The notes: generated by a model from the sequence alone, not told the origin. A stretch of DNA of 64,000 nucleotides from an uncultured Chloroflexia bacterium (GCA_963778805.1 CAVZVT010000005.1:26385-90384), one strand, 5' to 3'. Numbered from the stretch's first letter, positions 18,127 through 28,843 are shown. Translations and numbers: made by a program.

Positions 18127-18312
18127 ATGGCCAAGAAGTCCATGGTCGCCAAGGCGGCCCGAACCCCGAAGTTCAAGGTCCGCGGGTATCACCGCTGCTT
18201 CGTGTGCGGGCGACCGCGCGCGTACATGCGCCGCTTCGCCCTGTGCCGCATCTGCTTCCGCGAGCGGGCACTCCGAGGCGAATTGCCCGGCGTCACCAAG
18301 TCGAGCTGGTAG
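18127..18312 (+). CDS. rpsZ: 30S ribosomal protein S14, type Z (zinc-binding short form)
   Basis: 61 aa. ...[24 protein letters not shown]... (CxxC...CxxC). Confidence 0.96.
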   Translation: MAKKSMVAKAARTPKFKVRGYHRCFVCGRPRAYMRRFALCRICFRERALRGELPGVTKSSW

Positions 18313-18318
18313 GAACGA

Positions 18319-18717
18319 ATGAACATCTCCGATCCGATCGCGGACATGCTCACTCGCGTCCGGAACGCCTCGCGCGCCCGGCACACCGAAGTGATCGTCC
18401 CGGCCTCCCGGACCAAGCGTGAGATCGCCCGCATCCTCAAGGACGAAGGCTTCATCGCCGACGTGCAAGAGGAGCAGGACGGCACCGCCGCGGTCCTTCG
18501 CATCACGCTGAAATACGTCGATGGCAAGGTGCCCGTCGTGTCCGGCCTGAAGCGCATCAGCAAGCCCGGCTTGCGGGTCTATGCCCGCAAGACGGACATC
18601 CCGCGCGTGCTCGGCGGTCTCGGGATCGTCATCGTCAGCACGAGCCAGGGGATCATGACCGGCCAGCAGGCGCGTCAGGCGCAGCTGGGCGGCGAAGTCC
18701 TCGCCTTCGTCTGGTAG
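18319..18717 (+). CDS. rpsH: 30S ribosomal protein S8
   Basis: 132 aa. [22 protein letters not shown]... Confidence 0.97.
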   Translation: MNISDPIADMLTRVRNASRARHTEVIVPASRTKREIARILKDEGFIADVQEEQDGTAAVLRITLKYVDGKVPVVSGLKRISKPGLRVYARKTDIPRVLGGLGIVIVSTSQGIMTGQQARQAQLGGEVLAFVW

Positions 18718-18727
18718 ATCGAGAACC

Positions 18728-19279
18728 ATGTCACGTATCGGTCGTCTCCCCATCGCCGTTCCCACCTCGGTCGACGTGACCATCGATGGGCGCCACGTCA
18801 CGGTCAAGGGTCCCAAGGGGACGCTGACCCGGGCGCTGCACCCGGACATGACGGTCAGCCGCGACGAGGCCACGCTCGTGGTCACGCGCCCGACCGAGCA
18901 GAAGATGCACAAGCAGTTGCACGGGCTCACCCGCACGCTCGTGAACAACATGGTCGTCGGCGTGAGCGACGGGTACCGCAAGGGCCTCGAGATCACGGGT
19001 GTCGGCTATCGTGCCGCCCTCAATGGTCGGAAGCTCCAGCTCAACCTGGGCTACAGCCATCCGATCGAGATCGATCCGCCCGACGGCATCAGCTTCGAAG
19101 TCGAAACGCCCACGCGTCTCGCGGTGGTCGGGATCGACAAGGAGCTCGTCGGTCAGATGGCGGCCAAGGTCCGCTCGACCCGCAAGCCCGAGCCGTACAA
19201 GGGCAAGGGTGTGCGCTACGCCGGCGAACAGGTCCGCCGCAAGGCCGGCAAGGCCGGCAAGATCGGCGGCAAGAAGTGA
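18728..19279 (+). CDS. rplF: 50S ribosomal protein L6
   Basis: 183 aa. MSRIGRLPIAVPTSVDVTIDGRHVTVKGPKGTL... Confidence 0.96.
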   Translation: MSRIGRLPIAVPTSVDVTIDGRHVTVKGPKGTLTRALHPDMTVSRDEATLVVTRPTEQKMHKQLHGLTRTLVNNMVVGVSDGYRKGLEITGVGYRAALNGRKLQLNLGYSHPIEIDPPDGISFEVETPTRLAVVGIDKELVGQMAAKVRSTRKPEPYKGKGVRYAGEQVRRKAGKAGKIGGKK

Positions 19280-19307
19280 TCCTGACCACTGACAAGGAAC
19301 CAACACG

Positions 19308-19670
19308 ATGACGCAGGTCGCCAGTCGCGGCGCCGCCCGACGCAAGCGCCACGAACGGATCCGCCTTCACCTGGCGGGCACGGACACGCGCCCGCGCCTC
19401 GCGGTGTTCCGCAGCCTCAACCATATCTACGCGCAGGTCATCGACGACTCGTCCGGCAGGACGTTGGCGGCGGCCTCGACCATCGAAAAGGAGCTTCGCG
19501 GCTCCAAGGAGACCAAGTCGGCCGAAGCGGCTGTCGTCGGTCGGCTCATCGCCGAACGCGCGAAGCAGGCCGGTGTCGAGCGTGTGGTCTTCGATCGAGC
19601 CGGGTTCCGGTACCACGGGCGGATCAAGTCGCTCGCCGATGCCGCCCGCGAAGCCGGCCTCGACTTCTGA
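19308..19670 (+). CDS. rplR: 50S ribosomal protein L18
   Basis: 120 aa. ...[20 protein letters not shown]...[26 protein letters not shown]. Confidence 0.96.
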   Translation: MTQVASRGAARRKRHERIRLHLAGTDTRPRLAVFRSLNHIYAQVIDDSSGRTLAAASTIEKELRGSKETKSAEAAVVGRLIAERAKQAGVERVVFDRAGFRYHGRIKSLADAAREAGLDF

Positions 19671-19685
19671 TCGGAAGGAGCCCAC

Positions 19686-20225
19686 GTGGCACGTATTGAC
19701 GGATCCAAGCTCGCGCTCGAGGAGCGCGTCGTCCAGATCAACCGAGTCGCCAAGGTCGTCAAGGGCGGCCGGCGGTTCAGCTTCAGCGCGGTCGTCGTCG
19801 TCGGTGACGGCGCGGGCCACGTCGGGGTCGGCATCGGCAAGGCTGGCGAGGTCCCCGAATCGATCCGCAAGGGTGTCGAGGACGCGAAGAAGAACCTGAT
19901 CCGGATCCCGATGGTCGGGACGACCATCCCCCACGAGGTCCGGACCCAGTTCAGTGCGAGCCGCGTCATGCTCAAGCCCGCCTCGCAGGGGACCGGCGTC
20001 ATCGCCGGTGGGTCCGTGCGAGCCGTCCTCGAGTCGGCCGGTATCCGCGACATCCTCTCGAAGACCTACGGATCGACGAACCCCGTCAACGTGACGCGGG
20101 CCACGATCGAGGCCCTGCGCTCGCTCCATTCGGCCGAGGAGCTGGGCGCCCGACGCGGCGTCCGTCTCGTGAGCCGCATCGCGGGTCAGCCCTCGGGCGG
20201 CTCAGAGGTGCGCGATGCCCGCTAA
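19686..20225 (+). CDS. rpsE: 30S ribosomal protein S5
   Basis: 179 aa, GTG start after GGAAGGAG. ...[38 protein letters not shown]... Confidence 0.96.
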   Translation: MARIDGSKLALEERVVQINRVAKVVKGGRRFSFSAVVVVGDGAGHVGVGIGKAGEVPESIRKGVEDAKKNLIRIPMVGTTIPHEVRTQFSASRVMLKPASQGTGVIAGGSVRAVLESAGIRDILSKTYGSTNPVNVTRATIEALRSLHSAEELGARRGVRLVSRIAGQPSGGSEVRDAR

Positions 20226-20424
20226 GCTCAAGGTCACCCAGGTCAAGAGCGAGATCAGCCACATCGCACGGAACCGTGCGACGGTGCGCGCGCTCGGGCT
20301 GCATGGGATCGGCTCCACCAGCATCATCAATGACAACCCCGCCACCCGCGGCATGGTCCGCCAGGTCCGGTTCCTCGTGACCTTCGAGGAGCTGGCCGAG
20401 ACCGACGCGCAGGAGAAGGCATGA
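20215..20424 (+). CDS. rpmD: 50S ribosomal protein L30
   Basis: 69 aa. ...[44 protein letters not shown]... Confidence 0.93.
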   Translation: MPAKLKVTQVKSEISHIARNRATVRALGLHGIGSTSIINDNPATRGMVRQVRFLVTFEELAETDAQEKA

Positions 20425-21209
20425 AACTCCACGACCTGCGCCCGCCGGAGGGCTCTCACAAGAAGAAGATGCGCGTCGGCCGTGGCATCGCGGCGGGCAA
20501 GGGCAAGACGGCCGGCCGCGGGACCAAGGGTCAGAAGGCCCGGGCCGGTGGCTCGATCCCGCCGTGGTTCGAAGGTGGCCAGACCCCGCTGCATATCCGG
20601 ATCCCGAAGCTGCGCGGATTCAAGAACCGCGGCCGCATCGAGTTCGAAGTGGTCAACGTCGGGGCGATCCAGGACCTGATCGACCGTGGGGCATTCGAGA
20701 CCGAGGCCCCGGCCGCCAAGCCGGCCAAGGGCGCCAAGGCCAAGACCGCCGCGTCGGCCCAGATCACGATCAACCAGGACATCCTGCGCGCGGTCGGACT
20801 GGTCCGAACCCTGAACAAGCCGCTCAAGATCCTCGGATCGGGTGAGCTGACGTCCCCGCTCTTCGTCGTGGCCGATGCGTTCACGGCGTCGGCGCGGACC
20901 AAGGTCGAGGCCGCGGGTGGCATCGTGAACGTCCTCGAAGTCCCGACCGCACCGCTGCCCGCCCTCAAGGGCAAGCCCGCGGAGCCCAAGACGACGTCTG
21001 ACAAGCCTGCGGTCGAGGCGGCTCCGGTCGTCGACGCCGCCGTCGACGCGGCGATCGCCGAGCCCGCCGTCGTGGAAGCCGTCGAAGCCGAGGCCGAGAC
21101 CGAGGCTCCCGCGGAGACGCTCGAGAGCGAAGCCACCGCGGACACCGAGCCAGATCCAGAGGCCGAGGCATCGGCAGACGCCGAGGCCCCGTCCGGCGAC
21201 GACGCCTAG
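20421..21209 (+). CDS. rplO: 50S ribosomal protein L15 with ~90-aa Ala/Glu/Pro-rich acidic C-terminal extension
   Basis: 262 aa. [44 protein letters not shown]... core, then ...[13 protein letters not shown]...[41 protein letters not shown]. Confidence 0.93.
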   Translation: MKLHDLRPPEGSHKKKMRVGRGIAAGKGKTAGRGTKGQKARAGGSIPPWFEGGQTPLHIRIPKLRGFKNRGRIEFEVVNVGAIQDLIDRGAFETEAPAAKPAKGAKAKTAASAQITINQDILRAVGLVRTLNKPLKILGSGELTSPLFVVADAFTASARTKVEAAGGIVNVLEVPTAPLPALKGKPAEPKTTSDKPAVEAAPVVDAAVDAAIAEPAVVEAVEAEAETEAPAETLESEATADTEPDPEAEASADAEAPSGDDA

Positions 21210-21212
21210 CCC

Positions 21213-22493
21213 GTGTTCGAATCGCTGCTGAACGCCTTCCGCGCGCCGGACATCCGGCGGCGGATCCTGTATGTCCTTGGGCTGCTGATCGTCTTCCGGC
21301 TCCTGGCCAGCGTGCCCGTGCCCGGGATCGACAAGGCGCAGCTCCAGAACTTCGTCAGCAGCAACCCGTTGTTCGGGTTGCTCGACCTCTTCTCGGGAGG
21401 CGGGCTGGCGAGGTTCTCGGTCGTGGCGCTCGGCATGAACCCGTACATCAACGCCTCGATCATCATGCAGTTGATGACCGGCGTGGTCCCGTCGCTCCAG
21501 GCGTTGAGCCGGGAAGGGGAGTACGGGCGCAACAAGATCAACCAGTACACGCGCTATCTCACCGTCCCGCTCGCGATGCTCCAGGCCTACGGCTTCCTGG
21601 CGCTGCTCAATTACAACGGCGTCCTGTCGAGCGGCTTCAACCTCGCGAGCTGGGAGACGTTGACCCAGATCGCGACCCTGACCGCCGGTGCGATCGCGCT
21701 GATGTGGATCGGTGAGCTCATCACCGAACGCGGGATCGGCAACGGCATCAGCTTCATCATCTTCGCGGGCATCGTGAGTCGCGCGCCCGGGGCCATCGGC
21801 GCGTTCATCGCCAGCCCCAACATCGCGGCGTTCATCGCCTTCGGGGCGATCGCCGTGGCCGCGGTCGGCGTGATCATCTACATCCAGGAAGGCCAGCGCC
21901 GAATCCCGATCCAGTATGCGAGTCGTGTACGAGGGCGGCGGATGTACCAGGGTGGGCAGACGTTCCTGCCGCTGCGCGTCAACCAGGCGGGCGTCATCCC
22001 GATCATCTTCGCCGTCAGCATCCTGCTGTTCCCGCAACAGCTCGCGTCCTACTTCACCGGATCCGAGATCGGGATCGTCTCGACCATCGCCAACGCGGTC
22101 GTCCGGCTCTTCAGCCCGAACACGCCCCTGTACATCCTTGTCTACTTCTTCCTGACGATGGGGTTCACGTACTTCTACACGGCCTTCACGTTCAAGCCCG
22201 ACGAGACCGCCGAGCAGTTGCGCAAGAACGGCGGGTTCATCCCTGGCATCCGGCCGGGTCGCCCGACACAGGATTACCTTGCCCGGGTCGTGACGCGGAT
22301 CACCTTCGCCGGGGCGTTGTTCCTGGCCATCGTCGCCGTGTCGCCGGCGGTGATCGCGCTGCTCTTCACCGATCTGGCGACGCTGGGTCTTGGCGGGACG
22401 AGCCTGCTGATCGTGGTGTCCGTCGTGGTCGAGACCATGAAGCAGATCGAGGCGCAGTTGATGATGCGCAATTACGAAGGCTTCATCCGATGA
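21213..22493 (+). CDS. secY: Preprotein translocase subunit SecY
   Basis: 426 aa, multi-TM. ...GMNPYINASIIMQLMT...GIGNGISFIIFAGI... Confidence 0.96.
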   Translation: MFESLLNAFRAPDIRRRILYVLGLLIVFRLLASVPVPGIDKAQLQNFVSSNPLFGLLDLFSGGGLARFSVVALGMNPYINASIIMQLMTGVVPSLQALSREGEYGRNKINQYTRYLTVPLAMLQAYGFLALLNYNGVLSSGFNLASWETLTQIATLTAGAIALMWIGELITERGIGNGISFIIFAGIVSRAPGAIGAFIASPNIAAFIAFGAIAVAAVGVIIYIQEGQRRIPIQYASRVRGRRMYQGGQTFLPLRVNQAGVIPIIFAVSILLFPQQLASYFTGSEIGIVSTIANAVVRLFSPNTPLYILVYFFLTMGFTYFYTAFTFKPDETAEQLRKNGGFIPGIRPGRPTQDYLARVVTRITFAGALFLAIVAVSPAVIALLFTDLATLGLGGTSLLIVVSVVVETMKQIEAQLMMRNYEGFIR

Positions 22494-22524
22494 CCTCGAC
22501 CGCCGAGGTGGCTGTCGTCGTCCC

Positions 22525-23187
22525 ATGACGGTCCTCGTACTGCTGGGAGCACCAGGAGCGGGGAAGGGGACGCAGGCGCCGATCCTGAGCCAGCGTCTTG
22601 GGCTGCCCCATGTCTCGACCGGAGACCTCTTCCGTGCCGCGGTCCGCGATGGTTCCGCGGTCGGGCTGGAGGCGCGTCGCTACATGGAACGCGGGCAACT
22701 GGTCCCCGACGACATCACGATCCGGATGCTCCTCGCTCGCCTTGAACAGCCCGATGCCGCCGGTGGCGTCATCCTCGACGGGTTCCCGCGCAACGAGGCC
22801 CAGGCTGAGGCGCTCGATGCGGCGCTGACCGAGCGCGGCGGACGGGTCGACCGGGCGCTCCAGGTGGAGGTCCCGACCGACGACCTCGTGCGGCGCCTCT
22901 CCGGTCGATGGGTGTGCCAGTCGGCCGGCCACGTCTACAACGAATTCACGAACCCGCCGCGGTCGGCCGGGCGCTGCGACCTCGACGATTCGCCGCTGAT
23001 CCAGCGGGACGACGATCGACCCGAGACGATCCGCACCCGCCTGACGATCCAGCTCGACAGCCTGCAGGAGGTCGTGGCCCACTACCGTGATGCCGGCGTG
23101 CTCCGCGCCGTGGACGGGCGACAGCCGATCGAGGCGGTCACGAACGCGCTCCTCGCAGCGGCTGCCGATGGTGGGGAGGCGGCCTGA
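22525..23187 (+). CDS. adk: Adenylate kinase
   Basis: 220 aa. P-loop GAPGAGKGTQ. The lid region has a degenerate Cys pattern (C..A...C..D). Confidence 0.95.
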   Translation: MTVLVLLGAPGAGKGTQAPILSQRLGLPHVSTGDLFRAAVRDGSAVGLEARRYMERGQLVPDDITIRMLLARLEQPDAAGGVILDGFPRNEAQAEALDAALTERGGRVDRALQVEVPTDDLVRRLSGRWVCQSAGHVYNEFTNPPRSAGRCDLDDSPLIQRDDDRPETIRTRLTIQLDSLQEVVAHYRDAGVLRAVDGRQPIEAVTNALLAAAADGGEAA

Positions 23188-23951
23188 TGGTCACGCGAAA
23201 GTCCCGGGCCGAGATCGACAAGATGCGTCGTGCTGGCCGGATCGTGGCGGAAGTGCTGGCCCTGATCGAAGAGGCCCTCAAGCCGGGCGCCTCGACGGCC
23301 GACCTCGATCGCGCCGCCGAAGCGCACATCCTTCGGGCGGGGGCGGTGCCGTCGTTCAAGGGCTATCCGGGGATCAATCCGCGGCGGCCGTTCCCGGGGA
23401 CGGTCTGCATCTCCATCGATGACGAGATCGTCCACGGGATCCCGGGTGAGCGGACGATCCGCGCGGGACAGATCGTGTCGATCGATGCCGGCGCGATCCT
23501 CGATGGGTGGCACGGCGATGCCGCCCGGACCTTCTACATCGGTGATCCGCCACCGGACATCGCCGACCTGATCGAGACCACGAGGGCGTCGATGCTGGCC
23601 GGCATCGCGGCCGCCATCCCCGGGAACCACATCGAAGACATCTCGGGTGCTGTCGAGGACGTCGTCCGCCCCAAGGGCTACGGCATCATCCGCCAGTTCG
23701 TCGGCCACGGGATCGGGACCGAGATGCATGAAGAGCCCCAGGTCCCGAACTTCCGGACCGGCCGACCCGGGCGCAAGCTGGAAGCCGGGCTGTGTCTCGC
23801 CATCGAGCCGATGCTGACGATGGGCAAGTACGAAGCCCGGGTGCTGCCCGACGACTGGACGATCGTCACGAAGGATGGCTCGCTCGCCGCCCATTTCGAG
23901 GACTCGATCGCGATCACCGACCGGGGACCGGAGATCCTGACAGCCCTATGA
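23187..23951 (+). CDS. map: Type I methionine aminopeptidase
   Basis: 254 aa. ...SFKGYPG...IDAGAILDGWHGDAARTF...GHGIGTEMHEEPQVPN...LAIEPM... Confidence 0.95.
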   Translation: MVTRKSRAEIDKMRRAGRIVAEVLALIEEALKPGASTADLDRAAEAHILRAGAVPSFKGYPGINPRRPFPGTVCISIDDEIVHGIPGERTIRAGQIVSIDAGAILDGWHGDAARTFYIGDPPPDIADLIETTRASMLAGIAAAIPGNHIEDISGAVEDVVRPKGYGIIRQFVGHGIGTEMHEEPQVPNFRTGRPGRKLEAGLCLAIEPMLTMGKYEARVLPDDWTIVTKDGSLAAHFEDSIAITDRGPEILTAL

Positions 23952-23995
23952 GGTGGTTGCCGGGAACGCGCATCTTTGATACGCTACGCTTTCGT

Positions 23996-24019
23996 GTGTC
24001 GGCCCGGTCGGGCCGACAC
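23996..24019 (+). other. Perfect 10-bp GC-rich hairpin (GTGTCGGCCC-GGTC-GGGCCGACAC) in the map-infA spacer; function unknown
   Basis: Read directly from the sequence. There is no downstream U-tract, so it is not a canonical intrinsic terminator. Confidence 0.4.
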
Positions 24020-24048
24020 TGCGCGTGAGAAAGGGAAGCACGTAGCCT

Positions 24049-24267
24049 GTGGCCAAGCGAGATGCGATCGAAGTCGAGGGAACGGTCATCGAACCGCTCC
24101 CGAACACGATGTTCGCGATCGAGCTGGAGAATGGCCACCGGGTGCTCGCCCACATCAGCGGAAAGCTCCGGATGAACTTCATCCGGATCCTGCCCGGTGA
24201 CCGTGTCCGTGTCGAGTTGTCTCCGTACGACCTGACGCGCGGCCGGATCACGTACCGACTCAAGTAA
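24049..24267 (+). CDS. infA: Translation initiation factor IF-1
   Basis: 72 aa. [69 protein letters not shown]. Confidence 0.97.
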   Translation: MAKRDAIEVEGTVIEPLPNTMFAIELENGHRVLAHISGKLRMNFIRILPGDRVRVELSPYDLTRGRITYRLK

Positions 24268-24301
24268 ACCTGATACCCGACCACAAGAACCCGAGGATCC
24301 G

Positions 24302-24415
24302 TTGAAAGTCCGAGCCTCCGTCAAGGCGCGCTGCGACAACTGCAAGGTCATCCGGCGCCACGGCACGGTGATGGTCATCTGCACCAATCCCAAGCACAAG
24401 CAGCGGCAGGGGTAA
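24302..24415 (+). CDS. rpmJ: 50S ribosomal protein L36 (zinc-binding form)
   Basis: Too short to appear in the ORF track. TTG 24302 after GAGGA gives (M)[39 protein letters not shown] 24413-24415. Confidence 0.93.
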   Translation: MKVRASVKARCDNCKVIRRHGTVMVICTNPKHKQRQG

Positions 24416-24418
24416 CCG

Positions 24419-24790
24419 ATGGCACGTATCGCCGGTGTCGATGTCCCGCGTGAGAAGCGCGTCGAGATCGCCCTGACCTATGTCTTCGGGATCGGTCTGC
24501 CGACCAGCCAGAAGATCCTGGCCCAGACCAATATCAACCCGGACACCCGTGTCCGCGATCTGACCGAAGAGCAGGTCAATCGGCTCCGCGAGCTGATCGA
24601 CCGGCGCTACAAGGTGGAGGGTGACCTTCGCCGCGAGGTGGCGCTCAACATCAAGCGCCTCACCGAGATCGGGTCATATCGCGGCCTCCGCCACCGACGC
24701 AACCTCCCGGTCCGCGGCCAGCGGACCAAGACCAACGCTCGTCAGCGTCGCGGCCCCAAGAAGGTCGTCGGCATGCGGCGCAAGAAGTGA
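24419..24790 (+). CDS. rpsM: 30S ribosomal protein S13
   Basis: 123 aa. [26 protein letters not shown]... Confidence 0.97.
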   Translation: MARIAGVDVPREKRVEIALTYVFGIGLPTSQKILAQTNINPDTRVRDLTEEQVNRLRELIDRRYKVEGDLRREVALNIKRLTEIGSYRGLRHRRNLPVRGQRTKTNARQRRGPKKVVGMRRKK

Positions 24791-24807
24791 CGAGGGACTG
24801 ATCAGGC

Positions 24808-25203
24808 ATGGCGGAACGCAAGAAAGCGGTCAAGCAGCGTCGGCGTGAGAAGAAGAACGTCCCGCAGGGGCACGTTCACATCCAGGCCACGTTCAACAAC
24901 ACGATCATCACGATCACCGATCTCAACGGTGCGGTCATCAGCTGGGGCTCCGCGGGTGTCGCGGGCTTCAAGGGATCGCGCAAGAGCACGCCGTATGCGG
25001 CCGCGCTGTCGGCCGATGGTGCCGCTCGCCGGGCCATGGAGCACGGCATGCGGCAGGTCGAGGTCTACGTGAAGGGTCCGGGCGCCGGCCGTGAGCAGGC
25101 GATCCGATCGCTCCAGGCCGCTGGCCTCGAAGTCAGCGCCATCACCGATGTCACCCCCATCCCGCACAACGGCTGCCGCCCGCCAAAGCGTCGCCGCGTC
25201 TAG
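24808..25203 (+). CDS. rpsK: 30S ribosomal protein S11
   Basis: 131 aa. ...[43 protein letters not shown]... Confidence 0.97.
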   Translation: MAERKKAVKQRRREKKNVPQGHVHIQATFNNTIITITDLNGAVISWGSAGVAGFKGSRKSTPYAAALSADGAARRAMEHGMRQVEVYVKGPGAGREQAIRSLQAAGLEVSAITDVTPIPHNGCRPPKRRRV

Positions 25204-25219
25204 CTGAGCCAGAGGACCC

Positions 25220-25846
25220 ATGGCCCGTTACACCGAATCCGTCTGTCGCCTTTGCCGGCGGGAGGGCGCCAAGCTCTTCCTGAAGGGCAGCCGCTGCTAT
25301 ACCAAGAAGTGCGCCTTCGAACGTCGGCCCACCCCTCCGGGTCAGCATGGCGTCCGTCGCCGCAAGGTCGGCGAGTATGGCCTCCAGCTTCGTGAGAAGC
25401 AGAAGGTCCGCCGCACCTACGGCGTCCTCGAGCGCCAGTTCCGGAACTACTTCGTCGATGCCGAGAACCGGCCGGGCGTGACGGGTGAGAACCTGCTTCG
25501 TTCGCTGGAGCTCCGCTTCGACAACGTCGTCTACCGCTCGGGCATCGCGTCGTCCCGAGCCCAGGCGCGGCAGCTGGTCACCCACGGTCACTTCGCCGTG
25601 AATGGCCGCGCCACCAACATCTCGTCCTTCCGACTCAAGCCGGGCGACCGGTTCGAGGTGCGGGAGTCGCATCGGACCCGCGAGCCGTTCAAGCTCGCGA
25701 AGGAAACGCTCAAGAACCACCAGGCTCCGGAGTGGCTGACCGTCGATGCGGCCACGTTGTCCGGGACCGTCGCCACCCCGCCCAGCCGCGACCAGATGCC
25801 GCTCGATCTCAACGAGCAGCTCGTGGTCGAGTACTACTCGAGGTAA
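25220..25846 (+). CDS. rpsD: 30S ribosomal protein S4
   Basis: 208 aa. [36 protein letters not shown]... Confidence 0.97.
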   Translation: MARYTESVCRLCRREGAKLFLKGSRCYTKKCAFERRPTPPGQHGVRRRKVGEYGLQLREKQKVRRTYGVLERQFRNYFVDAENRPGVTGENLLRSLELRFDNVVYRSGIASSRAQARQLVTHGHFAVNGRATNISSFRLKPGDRFEVRESHRTREPFKLAKETLKNHQAPEWLTVDAATLSGTVATPPSRDQMPLDLNEQLVVEYYSR

Positions 25847-25856
25847 CCGCACCCTC

Positions 25857-26846
25857 ATGATCGAACTCGAGAACCCACAGATCGAGCCTGTCGAGGAAGT
25901 CGGCACGTACGCGAAGTACGAGGCCGGGCCGCTGCAGGCCGGCTATGGCGTCACGCTCGGCAATGCGCTCCGACGTGTGCTCCTGTCGTCGCTCGAAGGG
26001 GCGGCGGTCACCAGCATCCAGATCCGTGACGTCTACCAGGAGTTCTCGACGATCCCGGGCGTCAAGGAAGACGTCACCCAGATCGTCCTCAACGTCAAGA
26101 AGCTTCGACTCAAGAGCTACGCGAGCCATCCGGTCCAGCTTCGGCTGATCAAGAGCGGCGCGGGCTCGGTCACCGCAGCGGACATCGCGGAGTCCGCGGA
26201 CGTCGAGATCACCAATCCCGAACTCGTGCTCATGACCCTCGACACGGACGACGTGACCATCGAGATGGACCTCACGGTCGAGCGTGGCGTCGGGTACCTG
26301 GGTGCCGAGCGCGCGGAAGCCCTGCCGATCGGTGTCATCGCGGTCGACGCGATCTTCACGCCGGTCCGGAAGGTCAACTACTGGGTCGAGGGCATGCGGG
26401 TCGGTCAGATGACCAACTACGACAAGCTCACGATCGAGATCGAGACCGACGGCACCAGCAGCCCCGAAGAGGCGCTCAGTCGCTCGGCCGAGATCCTGGT
26501 GAACCAGTTCCGACCGTTCGTCACGGTCGGGATGGCGGCCGTCCCGGCCGTCCCGGCGACCGGCGCGGCGACGCTCCCCTCGAACATGCTCGACATGCCG
26601 ATCGAGGAGCTCGACCTGCCGATGCGGGCCTACAACTCGCTCAAGCGCAACAACATCGTCAAGGTGGGGCAGCTGCTCCAGCTCAAGGACGACGATCTCC
26701 TCCGGATGCGCAACTTCGGCAAGAAGTCGCTCGACGAGATGAAGGAGCGCCTGCGCATGCGGGGCTTCATCGTCCCGGACTCGGAGACCGACGGCCTCGA
26801 CATCGAGGATGGCGACGAGCCGTTCGACGATGAGGCAGAGGCCTGA
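25857..26846 (+). CDS. rpoA: DNA-directed RNA polymerase subunit alpha
   Basis: ATG 25857. MIELENPQIEPVEEVGTYAKYEAGPLQAGYGVTLGNALRRVLLSSLEGAAVTSI... with C-terminal domain ...ELDLPMRAYNSLKRNNIVKVGQLL. The ORF-track start at 25746 overlaps rpsD and is rejected. Confidence 0.96.
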   Translation: MIELENPQIEPVEEVGTYAKYEAGPLQAGYGVTLGNALRRVLLSSLEGAAVTSIQIRDVYQEFSTIPGVKEDVTQIVLNVKKLRLKSYASHPVQLRLIKSGAGSVTAADIAESADVEITNPELVLMTLDTDDVTIEMDLTVERGVGYLGAERAEALPIGVIAVDAIFTPVRKVNYWVEGMRVGQMTNYDKLTIEIETDGTSSPEEALSRSAEILVNQFRPFVTVGMAAVPAVPATGAATLPSNMLDMPIEELDLPMRAYNSLKRNNIVKVGQLLQLKDDDLLRMRNFGKKSLDEMKERLRMRGFIVPDSETDGLDIEDGDEPFDDEAEA

Positions 26847-26849
26847 GCC

Positions 26850-27206
26850 GTGACCTCCCATCGGATCGGCGGGCGCAAGCTCAGCCGAAAGCAGGGCCCG
26901 CGCCTCGCGCTCTACAAGAACCTGACCGTGTCGGTGCTGCGCTATGAGCGCGTCCAGACCACCGAGGCGAAAGCCAAGGAGATCAGCGGTCGGGTGGAGA
27001 AGGCGATCACGTTGGCCAAGCGCGGCGATCTCGCGGCTCGCCGCGCGATCGTGTCGCAGTTTCCCAACGAGCCGCTCGTGATCAACAAGCTCTTTGACGA
27101 GATCGCTCCCAAGTACGCCGATCGGTCGTCCGGGTACACCCGGATCGTCCGTCTTGGCCAGCGACGGGGCGATGCGGCGGAGATCGTGCAGATCGAACTG
27201 GTCTGA
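26850..27206 (+). CDS. rplQ: 50S ribosomal protein L17
   Basis: 118 aa, GTG start. ...GRKLSRKQGPRLALYKNLTVSVLRYERVQTTEAKAKE...GYTRIVRLGQRRGDAAE... Confidence 0.95.
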   Translation: MTSHRIGGRKLSRKQGPRLALYKNLTVSVLRYERVQTTEAKAKEISGRVEKAITLAKRGDLAARRAIVSQFPNEPLVINKLFDEIAPKYADRSSGYTRIVRLGQRRGDAAEIVQIELV

Positions 27207-27212
27207 TCACCG

Positions 27213-27998
27213 ATGCCCGAGAGGGTGTCCTCGCGGCGCTTTCGCGCCCGGGTCGAATACGACGGCACGGACTTTGCCGGGTTCCAGGTCAATCCTGGGA
27301 AACGGACGGTCCAGGGGGTCCTGGAAGACGCGGTGCGTCGCCTCGGCAACGGGGTGGAGCAACGGGTCGACGGGGCCGGCCGAACGGATGCCGGCGTCCA
27401 CGCCGAGGGGCAGGTCATCGCCTTCTCCTACGAGGGACGACTCACGGTGACGGAGTTGGGTCGGGCGCTACAGGCGCTCCTCCCCGACGACATCGCCATC
27501 CGGGATCTGCGTCGGACGGTCAAGGGGTTCCACCCTCGCTACGCGGCGCGGTATCGGGAATACCGCTACACCGTCTGGAACGGGCCGCGGAGCCCGCTTC
27601 ACGAGCGTACGGCGCTCGGGGTGCGGGTCCCGCTCGACACCGCCGCGATGGCGCAAGCCGGGTCAGCCTTCATCGGCCGGCACGACTTCCGGGCCTTCGG
27701 GGCGGCGGACCGCTCTTCGGTCCGGACCGTGATCGCGGTCCGGGTGCGACGGGAGGGACGACTCGTGACGATCGACGTCCGGGCCGACGCCTTCCTTCGC
27801 GGGATGGTCCGCCGAATGGTGGCCGCCCTCCTGGAGGTCGGTCTCGGAACGATGGATGAAGCAGCGGTCCGGGCGGCACTTGCCGATCCGCGACCGGCCC
27901 TCGATGGGGCAGCGGCCCCAGCCAAGGGGCTCTGCCTCCGGCGCGTGGCCCTCGGGCGACGACCGGGTGAATGGAACGGAGAACACGAGGAACGATGA
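27213..27998 (+). CDS. truA: tRNA pseudouridine(38-40) synthase
   Basis: 261 aa. ...YDGTDFAGFQ...GAGRTDAGVHAEGQV... (catalytic Asp motif). Confidence 0.93.
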   Translation: MPERVSSRRFRARVEYDGTDFAGFQVNPGKRTVQGVLEDAVRRLGNGVEQRVDGAGRTDAGVHAEGQVIAFSYEGRLTVTELGRALQALLPDDIAIRDLRRTVKGFHPRYAARYREYRYTVWNGPRSPLHERTALGVRVPLDTAAMAQAGSAFIGRHDFRAFGAADRSSVRTVIAVRVRREGRLVTIDVRADAFLRGMVRRMVAALLEVGLGTMDEAAVRAALADPRPALDGAAAPAKGLCLRRVALGRRPGEWNGEHEER

Positions 27999-28426
27999 AC
28001 GCCAAGACGGTGGCTGTACGAGAACGAGATATCGAACGCGGGTGGTACGTCGTGGATGCGACGGACGAGACCCTGGGTCGGCTCGCGTCGCGTATCGCGC
28101 GTGTCCTCGTGGGGAAGCACAAGCCTTCCTACCAGCCGAACCTCGACTCGGGCGATCATGTGATCGTCCTCAACGCCGCGAAGATCGCCGTCACGAGCAG
28201 CAAGCTCGAGTCGAAGGTCTACGCGCGACACAGCGGCTACCCCCAGGGCTTCAAGGAGGAGACGCTCGGGCACCTGCTCGCCCGTCGTCCCGAGGAGCCG
28301 ATCCGTCGAGCGGTCAAGGGCATGCTCCCGCACAACAAGCTCGGCGCCCAGCAGTTGCGCAAGCTCAAGGTCTACGCCGGGACCGACCACCCGCATCAGG
28401 CTCAGCGGCCTGAGCCGCTCGCCTGA
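27995..28426 (+). CDS. rplM: 50S ribosomal protein L13
   Basis: ATGA overlap with the truA stop. [46 protein letters not shown]... Confidence 0.96.
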   Translation: MNAKTVAVRERDIERGWYVVDATDETLGRLASRIARVLVGKHKPSYQPNLDSGDHVIVLNAAKIAVTSSKLESKVYARHSGYPQGFKEETLGHLLARRPEEPIRRAVKGMLPHNKLGAQQLRKLKVYAGTDHPHQAQRPEPLA

Positions 28427-28443
28427 CGAGGAGTCCACACCGC

Positions 28444-28842
28444 ATGTCCACCATCGCTTTCTTCTCCGGGACCGGTCGTCGCAAGACGGCGATCGCCCGC
28501 GTCCGCCTGCTGCCGGGTGAGGGTGAGATCGTCGTGAACGGTCGAACGCTCGACGAGCACTTCGGGAACGCGATCAACGAGGCCGACGTGCGGATGCCGT
28601 TCCGGGTGACCGGGACCGAGGGCCGCTTCAACGCGATGATCAAGGTCGAGGGTGGCGGCGTCACCGGTCAGGCCGGAGCCATCCGTCACGGGATCGCGCG
28701 GGCGCTCCTCGAGGTGGATCCCGAAGGTCACCGTCTCCCGCTGCGCCAGGCCGGTCTCCTGACCCGTGACCCACGGATGAAGGAACGCAAGAAGTACGGT
28801 CTCAAGCGCGCGCGCAAGGCTCCCCAGTACACCAAGCGTTAG
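28444..28842 (+). CDS. rpsI: 30S ribosomal protein S9
   Basis: 132 aa. ...[23 protein letters not shown]...[27 protein letters not shown]. Confidence 0.97.
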   Translation: MSTIAFFSGTGRRKTAIARVRLLPGEGEIVVNGRTLDEHFGNAINEADVRMPFRVTGTEGRFNAMIKVEGGGVTGQAGAIRHGIARALLEVDPEGHRLPLRQAGLLTRDPRMKERKKYGLKRARKAPQYTKR

Positions 28843-28843
28843 G

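Noticed and set aside
22900-23010. The adenylate kinase lid with a partial Cys pattern (C..A...C..D) as an unusual metal site.
   Set aside because: Degenerate lid variants between the Cys4 zinc form and the H/S/D/T form are well known, so this is not noteworthy.
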